Shown: piece after piece, positions 1 to 9,127 of the stretch
Layout: each line of letters opens with the position of its first letter
How positions within the stretch are numbered: position 1 is the stretch's first letter
NCBI GenBank assembly: GCA_050115495.1
Contig: JASFQK010000022.1
Span: 35,860-99,859 of the forward strand
Direction of reading: 5' to 3'
DNA from: Phycisphaerae bacterium
GTDB taxonomy: Bacteria; Planctomycetota; Phycisphaerae; UBA1845; Fen-1342
DNA length: 64,000 nt
Position numbers and translations under genes: made by a program
Notes under the pieces: model-generated
What the model was told of the DNA's origin: nothing
Seen by the model: the letters and a program-made list of their open reading frames with translations, nothing else
Databases searched by the model: none

Positions 1-1
1 T

Positions 2-304
2 CTCGCCGACAATCTGTGCGCTGCGGCGCACCTGATCCACGGCTCGACCGAGGGGCGGTTCCGCGTGATCTACTGCCCCGGTCGGCTGACGCGGGACGAG
101 GTCGAAGCGGTCGGCTACGAGTGGGCCGACCTCGCGGAGATGCAAGCTCGGTACGATCCGGCGGCGCTGCGGGACGGTTGGAACGACGTGGGCGGCGAGC
201 GGGTGTACTTCGTGTCCGATCCGGGGCTGGGGCTGTGGGCGAACCGCGAGCGGCTGGCGACGATCGATCGTGTCATGGAGGAGGATGCAGACGATGCCCG
301 GTAA
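2..304 (+). CDS. 3' end of a LarA (lactate racemase) superfamily protein, probable sugar-acid 2-epimerase; 5' part lies outside the window
   Basis: Open frame from the window edge: LADNLCAAAHLIHGSTEGRFRVIYCPG...GYEWADL...VYFVSDPGLGLW, resembling the C-terminus of LarA-like mannonate/gluconate epimerases; sugar-acid gene context. Confidence 0.6.
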   Translation, partial: LADNLCAAAHLIHGSTEGRFRVIYCPGRLTRDEVEAVGYEWADLAEMQARYDPAALRDGWNDVGGERVYFVSDPGLGLWANRERLATIDRVMEEDADDAR

Positions 305-1574
305 TGTCCTGGTGGCCCAGTCGGGCGGCCCGTCGGCCGTCATCAACAACACGCTGCGCGGCATCATCGACGGCTGCCGGGCACACCCCGACACGTTCGG
401 GCGGCTCTATGCCGGCTGGCACGGTATTGAGGGGGTGCTCCAGGAAGAACTGCTCGACCTGTCGGCCCAGGACGAACGCGAGATCGCTCTGCTGCGATTC
501 ACGCCGGCGGCGGGGACAATCGGCACGTGCCGCTACAAGCTTCGGTCCTCGCAACAGGCGGACTACGAGCGGATCGTCGAGGTGCTGCGGGCGCACAACG
601 TGCAGTACTTCTTCTACATCGGCGGTAACGACTCGATGGACACGGCGGCGAAGATCAGCAGCCTGGCCCGCGAGCGCGGCCTGGGGCTGGTCGTCGTGGG
701 CGGGCCGAAGACGATCGACAACGACGTGGGCGACGCCGAGTTCCGGCTGGTCGACCATACGCCGGGCTACGGCAGCACGGCCCGCTATTTCGCCCAGATC
801 GTCCGTAACGCGAACGAGGAGAACGCCGGCTCGTGCCCTGCGGACCCGGTGTTGGTGATTCAGGCAATGGGTCGGAAGATCGGGTTCATTCCGGCGGCGG
901 CGCGGCTCGCCGACCCGCAACGGGAAATGCCGCTCCAGATCCACCTGGCGGAGTCGGGGCTAACGCTGGCCGAGATCGGCGAGCAGGTGTGTGCGGGGCT
1001 GGCGCGGCATGGGAGATGCATTGTCGTGGTCAGCGAGGGGCTCGACGTGGGCGACCTGGGCGAAGTACGCGACGCGTTCGGGCACACGTCGTTTGGTTCG
1101 TCCGAGCGCAGCGTGGCGCAGGTGGTCACGAATTACCTCAACTCGCTACGGCTGCCGGTGCGCGGCAAGGCTCGGTACCAGATTCCCGGTACGGATCAGC
1201 GTAGTGCGGCCATCTACGCGTCGACGGTCGATCTCGATGAGGCGTACGCGGTCGGCCAGAAGTGCGTGGAAATCGCCCGCACGGACGGCGACGGCTGGAT
1301 GGGCACGATTCTGCGGCAGCCGGGCGAGCCGTACCGGCCGGTGTATGACAAGGTCCGGCTGACGCAGGTGGCCAATGCGGAGCGAACGTTCCCGCGGGCA
1401 TGGATCGCCGCCGACCGGATCGACGTGACGGATGATTTCGTGCGGTATGCGCAGCCGCTGATCGGGACGGAGTGGCCGGCGGTGCCGCTGGTCGATGGGT
1501 TGCAGCGGTTCGCCCGCTTTGAGCCGATCTTCGCCGAGAAGAAGTCCGACGAGTACACGCCGCAGGCGTTCTGA
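294..1574 (+). CDS. pfp: Phosphofructokinase family, probably PPi-dependent (diphosphate--fructose-6-phosphate 1-phosphotransferase)
   Basis: AQSGGPSAVIN, YIGGNDSMDT (Asp at the PPi-specificity position), GPKTIDND and AMGR motifs; GGAGGA upstream of ATG 294. Confidence 0.85.
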   Translation: MPGNVLVAQSGGPSAVINNTLRGIIDGCRAHPDTFGRLYAGWHGIEGVLQEELLDLSAQDEREIALLRFTPAAGTIGTCRYKLRSSQQADYERIVEVLRAHNVQYFFYIGGNDSMDTAAKISSLARERGLGLVVVGGPKTIDNDVGDAEFRLVDHTPGYGSTARYFAQIVRNANEENAGSCPADPVLVIQAMGRKIGFIPAAARLADPQREMPLQIHLAESGLTLAEIGEQVCAGLARHGRCIVVVSEGLDVGDLGEVRDAFGHTSFGSSERSVAQVVTNYLNSLRLPVRGKARYQIPGTDQRSAAIYASTVDLDEAYAVGQKCVEIARTDGDGWMGTILRQPGEPYRPVYDKVRLTQVANAERTFPRAWIAADRIDVTDDFVRYAQPLIGTEWPAVPLVDGLQRFARFEPIFAEKKSDEYTPQAF

Positions 1575-1586
1575 GTGGCGAGACAG

Positions 1587-1667
1587 GTAGCGCGGGCTCG
1601 GCACGCGGCCACACGCAGAGATCGTCCTGCCGCCAACGAAACAAACGGCGGGCGAAGCCCGCCCTAC
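1587..1667. repeat. Pair of inverted GTAG-type REP-like palindromes (REPIN-like)
   Basis: GGCGGGCGAAGCCCGCC-CTAC at 1647-1667 (minus strand reads GTAG + perfect hairpin); degenerate GTAG-CGCGGGCTCGGCACGCG at 1587-1607 in the opposite orientation. Confidence 0.5.
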
Positions 1668-1724
1668 GATTGCGCGTGCCGGCGTGTTCCGCTTGTGCAT
1701 GAAAGGCCAGAAGAGGAAGGCAGC

Positions 1725-3152
1725 ATGCCGTCGGCAGACATCGGTCTCATCGGCCTCGCCGTGATGGGTGAGAACCTGGCGCTGAACATCGAATCGCGCG
1801 GATTCACCGTGGCGGTGTTTAATCGCACGGTGGCGCGGGTGGATGAGTTCATCCAGGGGCGGGCGGCGGGCCAGAACGTCGTCGGTGTGCATTCGCTCGC
1901 CGAGTTGTGCGGCGTGCTGAAGAAGCCGCGGCGGGTGATGCTGATGGTGAAGGCCGGCACGCCGGTCGACGACTACATTGCCCAGTTGCTGCCCTGCCTC
2001 GAACCGGGCGACATCATCATCGACGGCGGCAATTCGAACTACGAAGACTCGACGCGGCGGACGAAACACGTCGAGAGCCGCGGGCTGCTGTTCATCGGGA
2101 CCGGTGTCTCCGGCGGCGAGGAGGGAGCGCTGCGCGGGCCGGCGGTCATGCCCGGCGGGTCGGAGGCCGCGTGGCCGCACGTTCGACCCATCCTTCAGGC
2201 CATCGCGGCCCGCACCGCCGACGGGACGCCTTGTTGCGATTGGGTCGGTCCCGACGGTGCCGGCCATTTCGTAAAGATGGTGCACAATGGCATCGAGTAC
2301 GGCGACATGCAGCTCATCTGCGAGGCGTATCACCTGATGCGGGCGGGGCTGGGGCTGTCGCTGGAGGAGATGAGCGACATCTTCAACGAATGGAGTCGCG
2401 GCGAGCTCGACAGCTATCTCATCGAGATCACGCGCGACATCCTTGACTACCGCGACGAGAACGGTGAGGCGGTGCTCGATTTCATCGAGGACGTCGCGGG
2501 GCAGAAAGGTACGGGGCGCTGGACGGCGCGGGCGGCGCTGGAGACGGGGCAGCCGCTCACGCTCATTGGCGAGGCCGTGTTCGCTCGCTTCCTGTCGGCG
2601 CTCAGGGAGCAGCGCGTCGCCGCCGCAAAGGTGCTGACGCCGGTGGTCGGGCGTTTCACCGGCGACGTTCAGGCCGCGGTGCGCGACCTGCGCGATGCGC
2701 TCTACGCCTCGAAAATCACGAGCTATGCCCAGGGCTTCCAGCTTATGCGGGCCGTCGCCGGTCAGAACGAGTGGAAGCTCGATTACGGCAACGTCGCCTT
2801 GCTCTGGCGGGCCGGCTGCATCATTCGCTCGGTCTTTCTGGAGCGCATCAAGGAGGCGTTCACGCGCGAGCCGGAACTGGTCAACCTGCTGCTCGATCCG
2901 TTCTTCGCCGAGGCGCTGATGCGTGCCCAGCCGGCCTGGCGCCGCACACTGCAAACAGCGATCGAGCTCGGCATTCCGACGCCGGCGATGAGCGCGGCCC
3001 TGGCGTACTTCGACGGCTACCGCACGGAGCGCCTACCGGCCAACCTGCTCCAGGCCCAGCGCGATTACTTCGGGGCGCACACGTACACGCGCATCGACCG
3101 CCCCGGTACATTTCACACGCAATGGACCGCGAAGCCCGGGAGGACGTCCTGA
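1725..3152 (+). CDS. gnd: 6-phosphogluconate dehydrogenase, NADP-dependent, decarboxylating
   Basis: IGLIGLAVMGENLALN, IIIDGGN, GAGHFVKMVHNGIEYGDMQ, QKGTGRWT, QAQRDYFGAHTY. Confidence 0.97.
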   Translation: MPSADIGLIGLAVMGENLALNIESRGFTVAVFNRTVARVDEFIQGRAAGQNVVGVHSLAELCGVLKKPRRVMLMVKAGTPVDDYIAQLLPCLEPGDIIIDGGNSNYEDSTRRTKHVESRGLLFIGTGVSGGEEGALRGPAVMPGGSEAAWPHVRPILQAIAARTADGTPCCDWVGPDGAGHFVKMVHNGIEYGDMQLICEAYHLMRAGLGLSLEEMSDIFNEWSRGELDSYLIEITRDILDYRDENGEAVLDFIEDVAGQKGTGRWTARAALETGQPLTLIGEAVFARFLSALREQRVAAAKVLTPVVGRFTGDVQAAVRDLRDALYASKITSYAQGFQLMRAVAGQNEWKLDYGNVALLWRAGCIIRSVFLERIKEAFTREPELVNLLLDPFFAEALMRAQPAWRRTLQTAIELGIPTPAMSAALAYFDGYRTERLPANLLQAQRDYFGAHTYTRIDRPGTFHTQWTAKPGRTS

Positions 3153-4393
3153 TGGAGCTCAGCACGATCCGCCAGCAGGTCGACCGCTCGCTGACCCGAA
3201 CGCCGATCGTCGACATTCACACGCACATCTACAGCGAGGCATTCGGCGACCTGCTGTTGTGGGGGATCGACGAGTTGCTGACGTATCACTACCTCGTCGC
3301 CGAGCTCTTCCGCTACCGGCCGGATCTGACCTACGCCGACTTCTGGGCCCAGCCCAAGGCGAAACAGGCGGAGCTCATCTGGGACGAGCTGTTCGTCCGC
3401 CACACGCCACTGAGCGAGGCCACCCGCGGCGTGCTCACGACGCTGCGGTTGCTCGAGATCGACGTCGAGCAGCGGAGCCTGGACCGGATCCGGCAGACCT
3501 ATGCCCGCTTCTCGACGGCGGAGTTCATCGATCGCGTTTTCGCCGTCGCCGATGTGCAAATGGCGATCATGACCAACGACCCGTTCAACGCGAAGGAACA
3601 GGCCGTCTGGAACGCGGGCGGCCAACGGGATCCGCGTTTTCGGGCGGCGCTGCGCCTGGACCGGCTGCTCAACGAGTTCCCGCTGAGCCTGCCCGAGCTG
3701 AACGCCCAGGGCTTCCCGGCTTTCAGTCGGCTCGATCGCCGCACCATCACGGCCGTGCGCGACTTCCTGAACACGTGGATTGAGCGCATGCAGCCGGCGT
3801 ATCTCGCCGTGTCGCTGCCGCCGAGCTTTCGGATGGACGACGACTCCGACCGGGCCCAGCTCATCACTGAGTGCGTGCTACCGGTGGCGCAGGAAACGCA
3901 ACGGCCGCTGGCGCTCATGATCGGCGTGAAAAAGCGGGTGAACCCGGAACTCGGCGACGCCGGCGATTCGGTCGGCAAGGCGGACGTCGGCGTGCTGGAA
4001 ACGCTGTGCCGCGATTTCCCGCGGGTGCGCTTCCTGGTAACGATGCTCTCGCGCGAGAACCAGCACGAGCTGTGTGTCGCCGCCCGCAAGTTCCGGAACC
4101 TGCTGCCGTTCGGCTGCTGGTGGTTCCTCAACAACCCCAGCATCATCCGGGAGATCGCGACGGAGCGCTTCGAACTGCTCGGCCTCACGGCGATCCCGCA
4201 GCACAGCGACGCTCGCGTGCTCGACCAGCTCATCTACAAATGGGCGCATTCCCGTGAGATCATCGGCGACGTGCTCGCCCAGCGCTACTTCGACCTGAGC
4301 CGCGCCGGCTGGACGGTCACCGAGGAAGAGATCCAGCGCGACGCGCAGACGATCCTGGGCGGCGGACTGCTGCTGGAACAGCCGTCGGTGTGA
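3152..4393 (+). CDS. uxaC: Uronate (glucuronate) isomerase, amidohydrolase fold, divergent type
   Basis: DIHTH metal motif, LLTYHYL, MTNDPF, GCWWF, QHSDARVLDQLIYKW; TGATG coupling to gnd. Confidence 0.85.
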   Translation: MELSTIRQQVDRSLTRTPIVDIHTHIYSEAFGDLLLWGIDELLTYHYLVAELFRYRPDLTYADFWAQPKAKQAELIWDELFVRHTPLSEATRGVLTTLRLLEIDVEQRSLDRIRQTYARFSTAEFIDRVFAVADVQMAIMTNDPFNAKEQAVWNAGGQRDPRFRAALRLDRLLNEFPLSLPELNAQGFPAFSRLDRRTITAVRDFLNTWIERMQPAYLAVSLPPSFRMDDDSDRAQLITECVLPVAQETQRPLALMIGVKKRVNPELGDAGDSVGKADVGVLETLCRDFPRVRFLVTMLSRENQHELCVAARKFRNLLPFGCWWFLNNPSIIREIATERFELLGLTAIPQHSDARVLDQLIYKWAHSREIIGDVLAQRYFDLSRAGWTVTEEEIQRDAQTILGGGLLLEQPSV

Positions 4394-4411
4394 AGCCGGC
4401 GGCGTGCATGA

Positions 4412-5578
4412 TCACTTCACAGAAAACCGGTACACGGTCACGTGGTGGTACGTCTTGCCCGGGCGCAGGATGCATGAGGGGAACTGCGGCTTGTTCGGCG
4501 AATCGGGGAAGTGCTGCGTCTCGAGGCAGAGGCCGGACCGGCGGCCGTAGACCTTGCCGCCCTTGCCCACGTCCTGGTCGTTGAGGAAGTTGCCGCTGTA
4601 GAACTGCACGCCCGGCTCGGTCGTGAGCATCTCCATGAAGCGCCCGCTCTGCGGGTCGTGCAGCGTGCCCACTGGGCGCAGCTTGCCATCCCAACGAGCG
4701 AAGACGAAGTTGTGGTCGTAGCCGCCGCCGAAGCGGATCTGCTCATCGTCTGCCTCGATCCGGGCTCCGATCGGCGTGGGCTTCGTGAAGTCGAACGGCG
4801 AGCCCGCAACCGGTCGCAGCTCCCCCGTCGGAATCAGGCTCTCGTCCACCGGCGTGAAGCGGTCCGCGGCCAGCATCAGCTCGTGGCCAAGGATATCGCC
4901 GTTACCGGCGCCGGCGAGGTTGAAGTAGGTGTGATTCGTCAGGTTGATCGGCGTGGGCGCATCGGTCGTGGCGGTATACTCGATGCGCAGCTCGTTGTCG
5001 TTCGTGAGCCAGTAGCACACCGTCGCGTCGAGATTGCCGGGGTAGCCCTCTTCGCCGTCGCGGCTGCGGTAATGCAGCTTCACGCCGACGCGGCCGTCGC
5101 CGACGAGGCCCTCGCCCGCCCAGAGCACTTTCTCGAAGCCGATCTCGCCGCCGTGGAGGTGATTCGGCGGCCGATTCGCGGTCAGGTGGTAGGCCTTTCC
5201 TTCGAGGGTGAACTGGGCGCCGGCGATGCGGTTGCCGTAACGGCCGACGACGGCGCCGAAATGCCGCCGATCGGCGACATAATCCGCCAGCCGGTCGTAG
5301 CCGAGGACAATATCCGCCATTTCGCCCGCTCGGTCGGGCACGGTCAGGGAAACGATGATGCAACCGACGTCGCAGACGCGCATGCGGACGCCGGCGGCGT
5401 TCGTCAGCGTGTAGAGGGATACCGGCTGCCCGTCGGCGGTCTCGCCCCACGACTGCTTCTCGATCGAGCCCTGGACGCGGCCCTCGTCGGCGACGGCGAC
5501 CGAGCGGGCGTCCCCCCACACCATCCAGGCGATCGCGACGAGAAACGATAACGACGACAAGGTGGGTCGGCAGCGCAT
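4412..5578 (-). CDS. galM: Aldose 1-epimerase (galactose mutarotase) with signal peptide
   Basis: GRYGNRIA, HLHGG, EEGYPG, NLTNHTYFNL, GYDHNF, GVQFYSGNFL, CLETQHFPD; hydrophobic N-terminus. Confidence 0.93.
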   Translation of the reverse strand: MRCRPTLSSLSFLVAIAWMVWGDARSVAVADEGRVQGSIEKQSWGETADGQPVSLYTLTNAAGVRMRVCDVGCIIVSLTVPDRAGEMADIVLGYDRLADYVADRRHFGAVVGRYGNRIAGAQFTLEGKAYHLTANRPPNHLHGGEIGFEKVLWAGEGLVGDGRVGVKLHYRSRDGEEGYPGNLDATVCYWLTNDNELRIEYTATTDAPTPINLTNHTYFNLAGAGNGDILGHELMLAADRFTPVDESLIPTGELRPVAGSPFDFTKPTPIGARIEADDEQIRFGGGYDHNFVFARWDGKLRPVGTLHDPQSGRFMEMLTTEPGVQFYSGNFLNDQDVGKGGKVYGRRSGLCLETQHFPDSPNKPQFPSCILRPGKTYHHVTVYRFSVK

Positions 5579-5897
5579 GGACAGGCTCCTGGCTGAACGT
5601 GGCCGGCGTCCCCGGCGGCGGGGAAGGATGCCATCCACCCGTGAGCTTACTTCAGCCGGCGGCGTGACGTCAACCTCATTCGCTCGGCACATGAGAGATT
5701 CTCTGTCGGGACGGAGCCGTCGGAGCGTTCTTCCTTTCCCGTGTGCTGGAGCGGACATCCGGGGCCCTGCGCCGGAGGATTTGCGTAATTCGCTCTTGCT
5801 TCGAGTGATTAGATCGGGTATTGTGCGCTGTGCCGAGGACGTTGGCGGACCGTCCCGCCGACGTCACCCCACCTTCGCCTTCAAACATGAGGTCGGC

Positions 5898-7469
5898 ATG
5901 AGCACACCCAAGAGCACACGTCGGGACTTCCTGAAAGCCGTGGGCGCCGGAGCGGCGGCTGCGGGACTGACCGCATCCGTCAGACAGGCCGCTTGCGCTG
6001 CGACGCCGCGGGCGACGGCCAACGCCGCCCTGACGGTCGACCCGCAACCGAAGTTCGCCCTGTCGCCGTATCTGTACCAGCAGTTCATGGAGCCGCTGGG
6101 GACGACCGATGGATCGGTGGCGGCATCGTGGAATTTCGGCGGCGACCACTGGCGTGGGGACCTGGTCGAGGTGACCAGCAAGCTCGGCCCGCCGCTGCTC
6201 CGCTGGGGCGGTCTGTTCTCGTCGTATTACCGCTGGCGCGAGGCGGTCGGGCCGCGGGAGAAGCGCGTGCCGATGCTCAACATGTGCTGGGGTGGCATCG
6301 ATACGAACCAGGTCGGCACGGCGGAGTTCGTCGACTTCTGCCGGCAGACCGGGGCCGAGCCGCTGATGTGCGTCAACTTCGAGTCGGACGGCAAGCCCTA
6401 CTTCATGCGCGATGCCAAGGGCAGCAACCGCAAGGGCGACGCCGCCGAGGCCGCTGCCTGGGTGCGTTACTGCAACAACCCGGCGGACGCCGACCGCATC
6501 AGCCACGGCCACAAAGACCCGCTGACCATCCGCATGTGGCAGCTCGGCAACGAGACCTCGTACAACCCGGATTGGGACGCCGAGACTTGTGGCCGCAAGA
6601 CGGTCGAGTTCGCGAAGGCGATGCGGGGCGAGGATCCGTCGATCGAGCTCATCGGCTGGGGCGACAGCGGCTGGGGCCCGCGCGTGCTGGAAATGGCCGG
6701 CGAGCACCTGCAATACATCGCCTTCCACCACATGTTCGATCCATATCGCGGGCAACCCGACTCGCCGCTGCGCGGCATCGAATACCGCAAGGACCCCGAC
6801 CGCACGTGGGACGCCCTGATGAACTCGTGGAAGTGCCACGACGAGCGCATCCGCGCCATCCGCGAGGACATGAAGAACTACGACATGCCGCTGGCGCTCA
6901 CCGAGTGCCACTTCGCGCTCGGCGGCCGGAATCGTTGCGAGGTGCTCTCCTCCTGGGCCGCCGGCGTAGCCAACGCCCGGCTGGCCAACTGTCACGAGCG
7001 GCACGGTGACAAGCTGAAAATCGCGACGCTCGCCGACTTCTGCGGCACGCGGTGGCAGGTCAACGCGGTCATGATCCCGGTGCCGGGCGGGCGTTCCTTC
7101 ATGATGCCCGTGGCCCGCGTCATGTGCCTGTACCGACATCATTCCGGCGAGCAAGCCGTCGACGTCACCGGTCACCCGGACGAGCTGGACGTCACGGCCA
7201 GCATCACCGGCGACCGCGTCTTCCTGCACGTCGTCAACACGGCTCGCACGCGCGACGTGAGCGCCACGCTCCAGATCGCCGGCCGGAAGATCACCGGCGG
7301 GCGGGCGTTCACGCTCGCCGCCGACCCGGAATTCGAAGTGTACGAGCATCGCGACGACGTGCTCGAACCCGTCGAGAAACCCGTGCCGGCCAGCGGGGAC
7401 TGGACGTTCCCGGCGGCGTCCGTCACGGCGGTCGAGCTGGATCTGGGGACCGGCGGCGAAGAGGCCTGA
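5898..7469 (+). CDS. Tat-exported GH51-like glycoside hydrolase (alpha-L-arabinofuranosidase-like)
   Basis: STRRDFLK twin-arginine signal; LRWGG, YRWREAVGP, NQVGTAEFVDFC, WQLGNE (acid/base), LALTE (nucleophile). Confidence 0.8.
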   Translation: MSTPKSTRRDFLKAVGAGAAAAGLTASVRQAACAATPRATANAALTVDPQPKFALSPYLYQQFMEPLGTTDGSVAASWNFGGDHWRGDLVEVTSKLGPPLLRWGGLFSSYYRWREAVGPREKRVPMLNMCWGGIDTNQVGTAEFVDFCRQTGAEPLMCVNFESDGKPYFMRDAKGSNRKGDAAEAAAWVRYCNNPADADRISHGHKDPLTIRMWQLGNETSYNPDWDAETCGRKTVEFAKAMRGEDPSIELIGWGDSGWGPRVLEMAGEHLQYIAFHHMFDPYRGQPDSPLRGIEYRKDPDRTWDALMNSWKCHDERIRAIREDMKNYDMPLALTECHFALGGRNRCEVLSSWAAGVANARLANCHERHGDKLKIATLADFCGTRWQVNAVMIPVPGGRSFMMPVARVMCLYRHHSGEQAVDVTGHPDELDVTASITGDRVFLHVVNTARTRDVSATLQIAGRKITGGRAFTLAADPEFEVYEHRDDVLEPVEKPVPASGDWTFPAASVTAVELDLGTGGEEA

Positions 7470-7560
7470 TCGCGAGCCATCGGCCGCGCACGCCTCGCGA
7501 TCGCGTTAAGATAGTCGCTATCGGCGCGGCGGCCGGCTTGAGCCCGTGCCGAATCGACTC

Positions 7561-8598
7561 ATGTTGCACCTCGCGAGAAGGCTGGATTCCGCTGGCGGGA
7601 GAGACCCGCGCCGGGCGGGTCTGCGCCGAGCGACGCTGCTCTTCATCGGCGCGGCGTTGCTGCTGGCGATGCCGGCCTGCCGCGAGCGAGACGGGGCAAA
7701 GACGCTCAAGCTCGCCCATTCCCTCAGCACCGAGCATCCGGTCCACAAAGCCATCACCTTCCTGGCTCGCCGCGTCGACGAGCTTTCAGACGGCACGCTG
7801 CGCATCGATGTCTACCCGGGCGAGCAGCTCGGCTCCGAACGCGAGGCGATCGAGTTGGTGCAGCTTGGCATCCTGGCCATGACCAAGACGTCGACGGGAC
7901 CGATGGAGGGGTTCGTGCCGACGATGAAGGTGTACGGGCTGCCCTACCTGTTTCGTGACGACGAGCACATGTGGAAGGTCCTCGAAGGGCCGATCGGCAA
8001 GCGGTTGCTCGCCGCCGGCACGTCGAAGGGTCTGAAGGGGCTGTGCTACTACGACGCCGGGGCCCGCAGCTTCTACACGACGCACCGGCCAATTCACTCG
8101 CCGGCCGACCTGGCGGGCCTGAAGATCCGCGTGCAGCAGAGCGAGATGTCCCGGCGGATGATCGAGGCCATGGGCGGCGCGCCGACGCCGATCGACTGGG
8201 GCGAGCTCTACACGTCGCTGCAACAGGGCGTGGTGGACGGGGCCGAGAACAACCCGCCCAGTTTCTACAACTCGCGCCACTACGAGACCAGCAAGTACTA
8301 CAGCCTGGACGAGCACCTCCGCGTGCCGGACATGCTGGTCATCAGCCCCACCGTCTGGAACGACCTCTCGCCAAAGCAGCAGGCCATTTTGCAGCAGGCC
8401 GTCGACGAGTCGGTGCAGTTTCAGCGGCGTTTGTGGGCGGAGACGGAGGCCGCGGACCTAAAGGCCGTGCAGGAGGCTGGTGTCGAGATCATCCGGCCCG
8501 ACAAGCAACCCTTCGTCGACGCCGTGCAGTTACTTTGGCAGGAGTTCAGCGGGACCGAAGTGGGCCAGATCGCCGAGGAAATCCGCCGCGTGGAGTAG
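7561..8598 (+). CDS. dctP: TRAP transporter substrate-binding protein, probable lipoprotein (start uncertain, 7546 also possible)
   Basis: LKLAH, YPGEQLGSERE, GARSFY, GLKIRV, ELYTSLQQGVVDGAENN; LLLAMPAC lipobox-like. Confidence 0.92.
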   Translation: MLHLARRLDSAGGRDPRRAGLRRATLLFIGAALLLAMPACRERDGAKTLKLAHSLSTEHPVHKAITFLARRVDELSDGTLRIDVYPGEQLGSEREAIELVQLGILAMTKTSTGPMEGFVPTMKVYGLPYLFRDDEHMWKVLEGPIGKRLLAAGTSKGLKGLCYYDAGARSFYTTHRPIHSPADLAGLKIRVQQSEMSRRMIEAMGGAPTPIDWGELYTSLQQGVVDGAENNPPSFYNSRHYETSKYYSLDEHLRVPDMLVISPTVWNDLSPKQQAILQQAVDESVQFQRRLWAETEAADLKAVQEAGVEIIRPDKQPFVDAVQLLWQEFSGTEVGQIAEEIRRVE

Positions 8599-8600
8599 GT

Positions 8601-9119
8601 ATGCGTGCTGTCCGGACCATCCGTACGGTTCTCGACCGCTTCCTTGAAGCGCTGGTGGCGATCGTCATGGCCGTGCTGGTGCTCGATGTGTCCTGGCAGG
8701 TGTTCACACGCTACGTCCTGAAAGACCCCAGCACGTGGACGGATGAGCTGGCCACGTTCCTCATTGTCTGGGTGGCGTTCCTCGGCGCTGCGGTCGGGCT
8801 GAGGCGCGGGGCGCACCTGGGCATGGACTACTTCGTCGATCGGCTGCCCGCGCGGCGGCGCGCGTACGTCAACGTCTTCATCCACGTGTGCACCGGGCTC
8901 TTCTCGCTCAGCGTGATGACGATCGGCGGGCTGATCCTGGTGGTCCGCAAGTTCCATTTGCAGGAAACGTCGCCGGCGTTGGGCCTGAACCTGGCCTGGG
9001 TCTATGCCGCCCTGCCGATCAGCGGCCTGTTCCTCACGATGTACAGCGTCGAGCTCTTCGTCGGCGCGGTGCGCGCCCTGTCGCCGCGCGGCTCGACGGC
9101 GGCTGGCAAACCGGAGTAA
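8601..9119 (+). CDS. dctQ: TRAP transporter small permease
   Basis: Four hydrophobic segments, QVFTRYV, WTDELA, HLGMD; lies between dctP and dctM. Confidence 0.9.
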   Translation: MRAVRTIRTVLDRFLEALVAIVMAVLVLDVSWQVFTRYVLKDPSTWTDELATFLIVWVAFLGAAVGLRRGAHLGMDYFVDRLPARRRAYVNVFIHVCTGLFSLSVMTIGGLILVVRKFHLQETSPALGLNLAWVYAALPISGLFLTMYSVELFVGAVRALSPRGSTAAGKPE

Positions 9120-9127
9120 AGGTCCCC

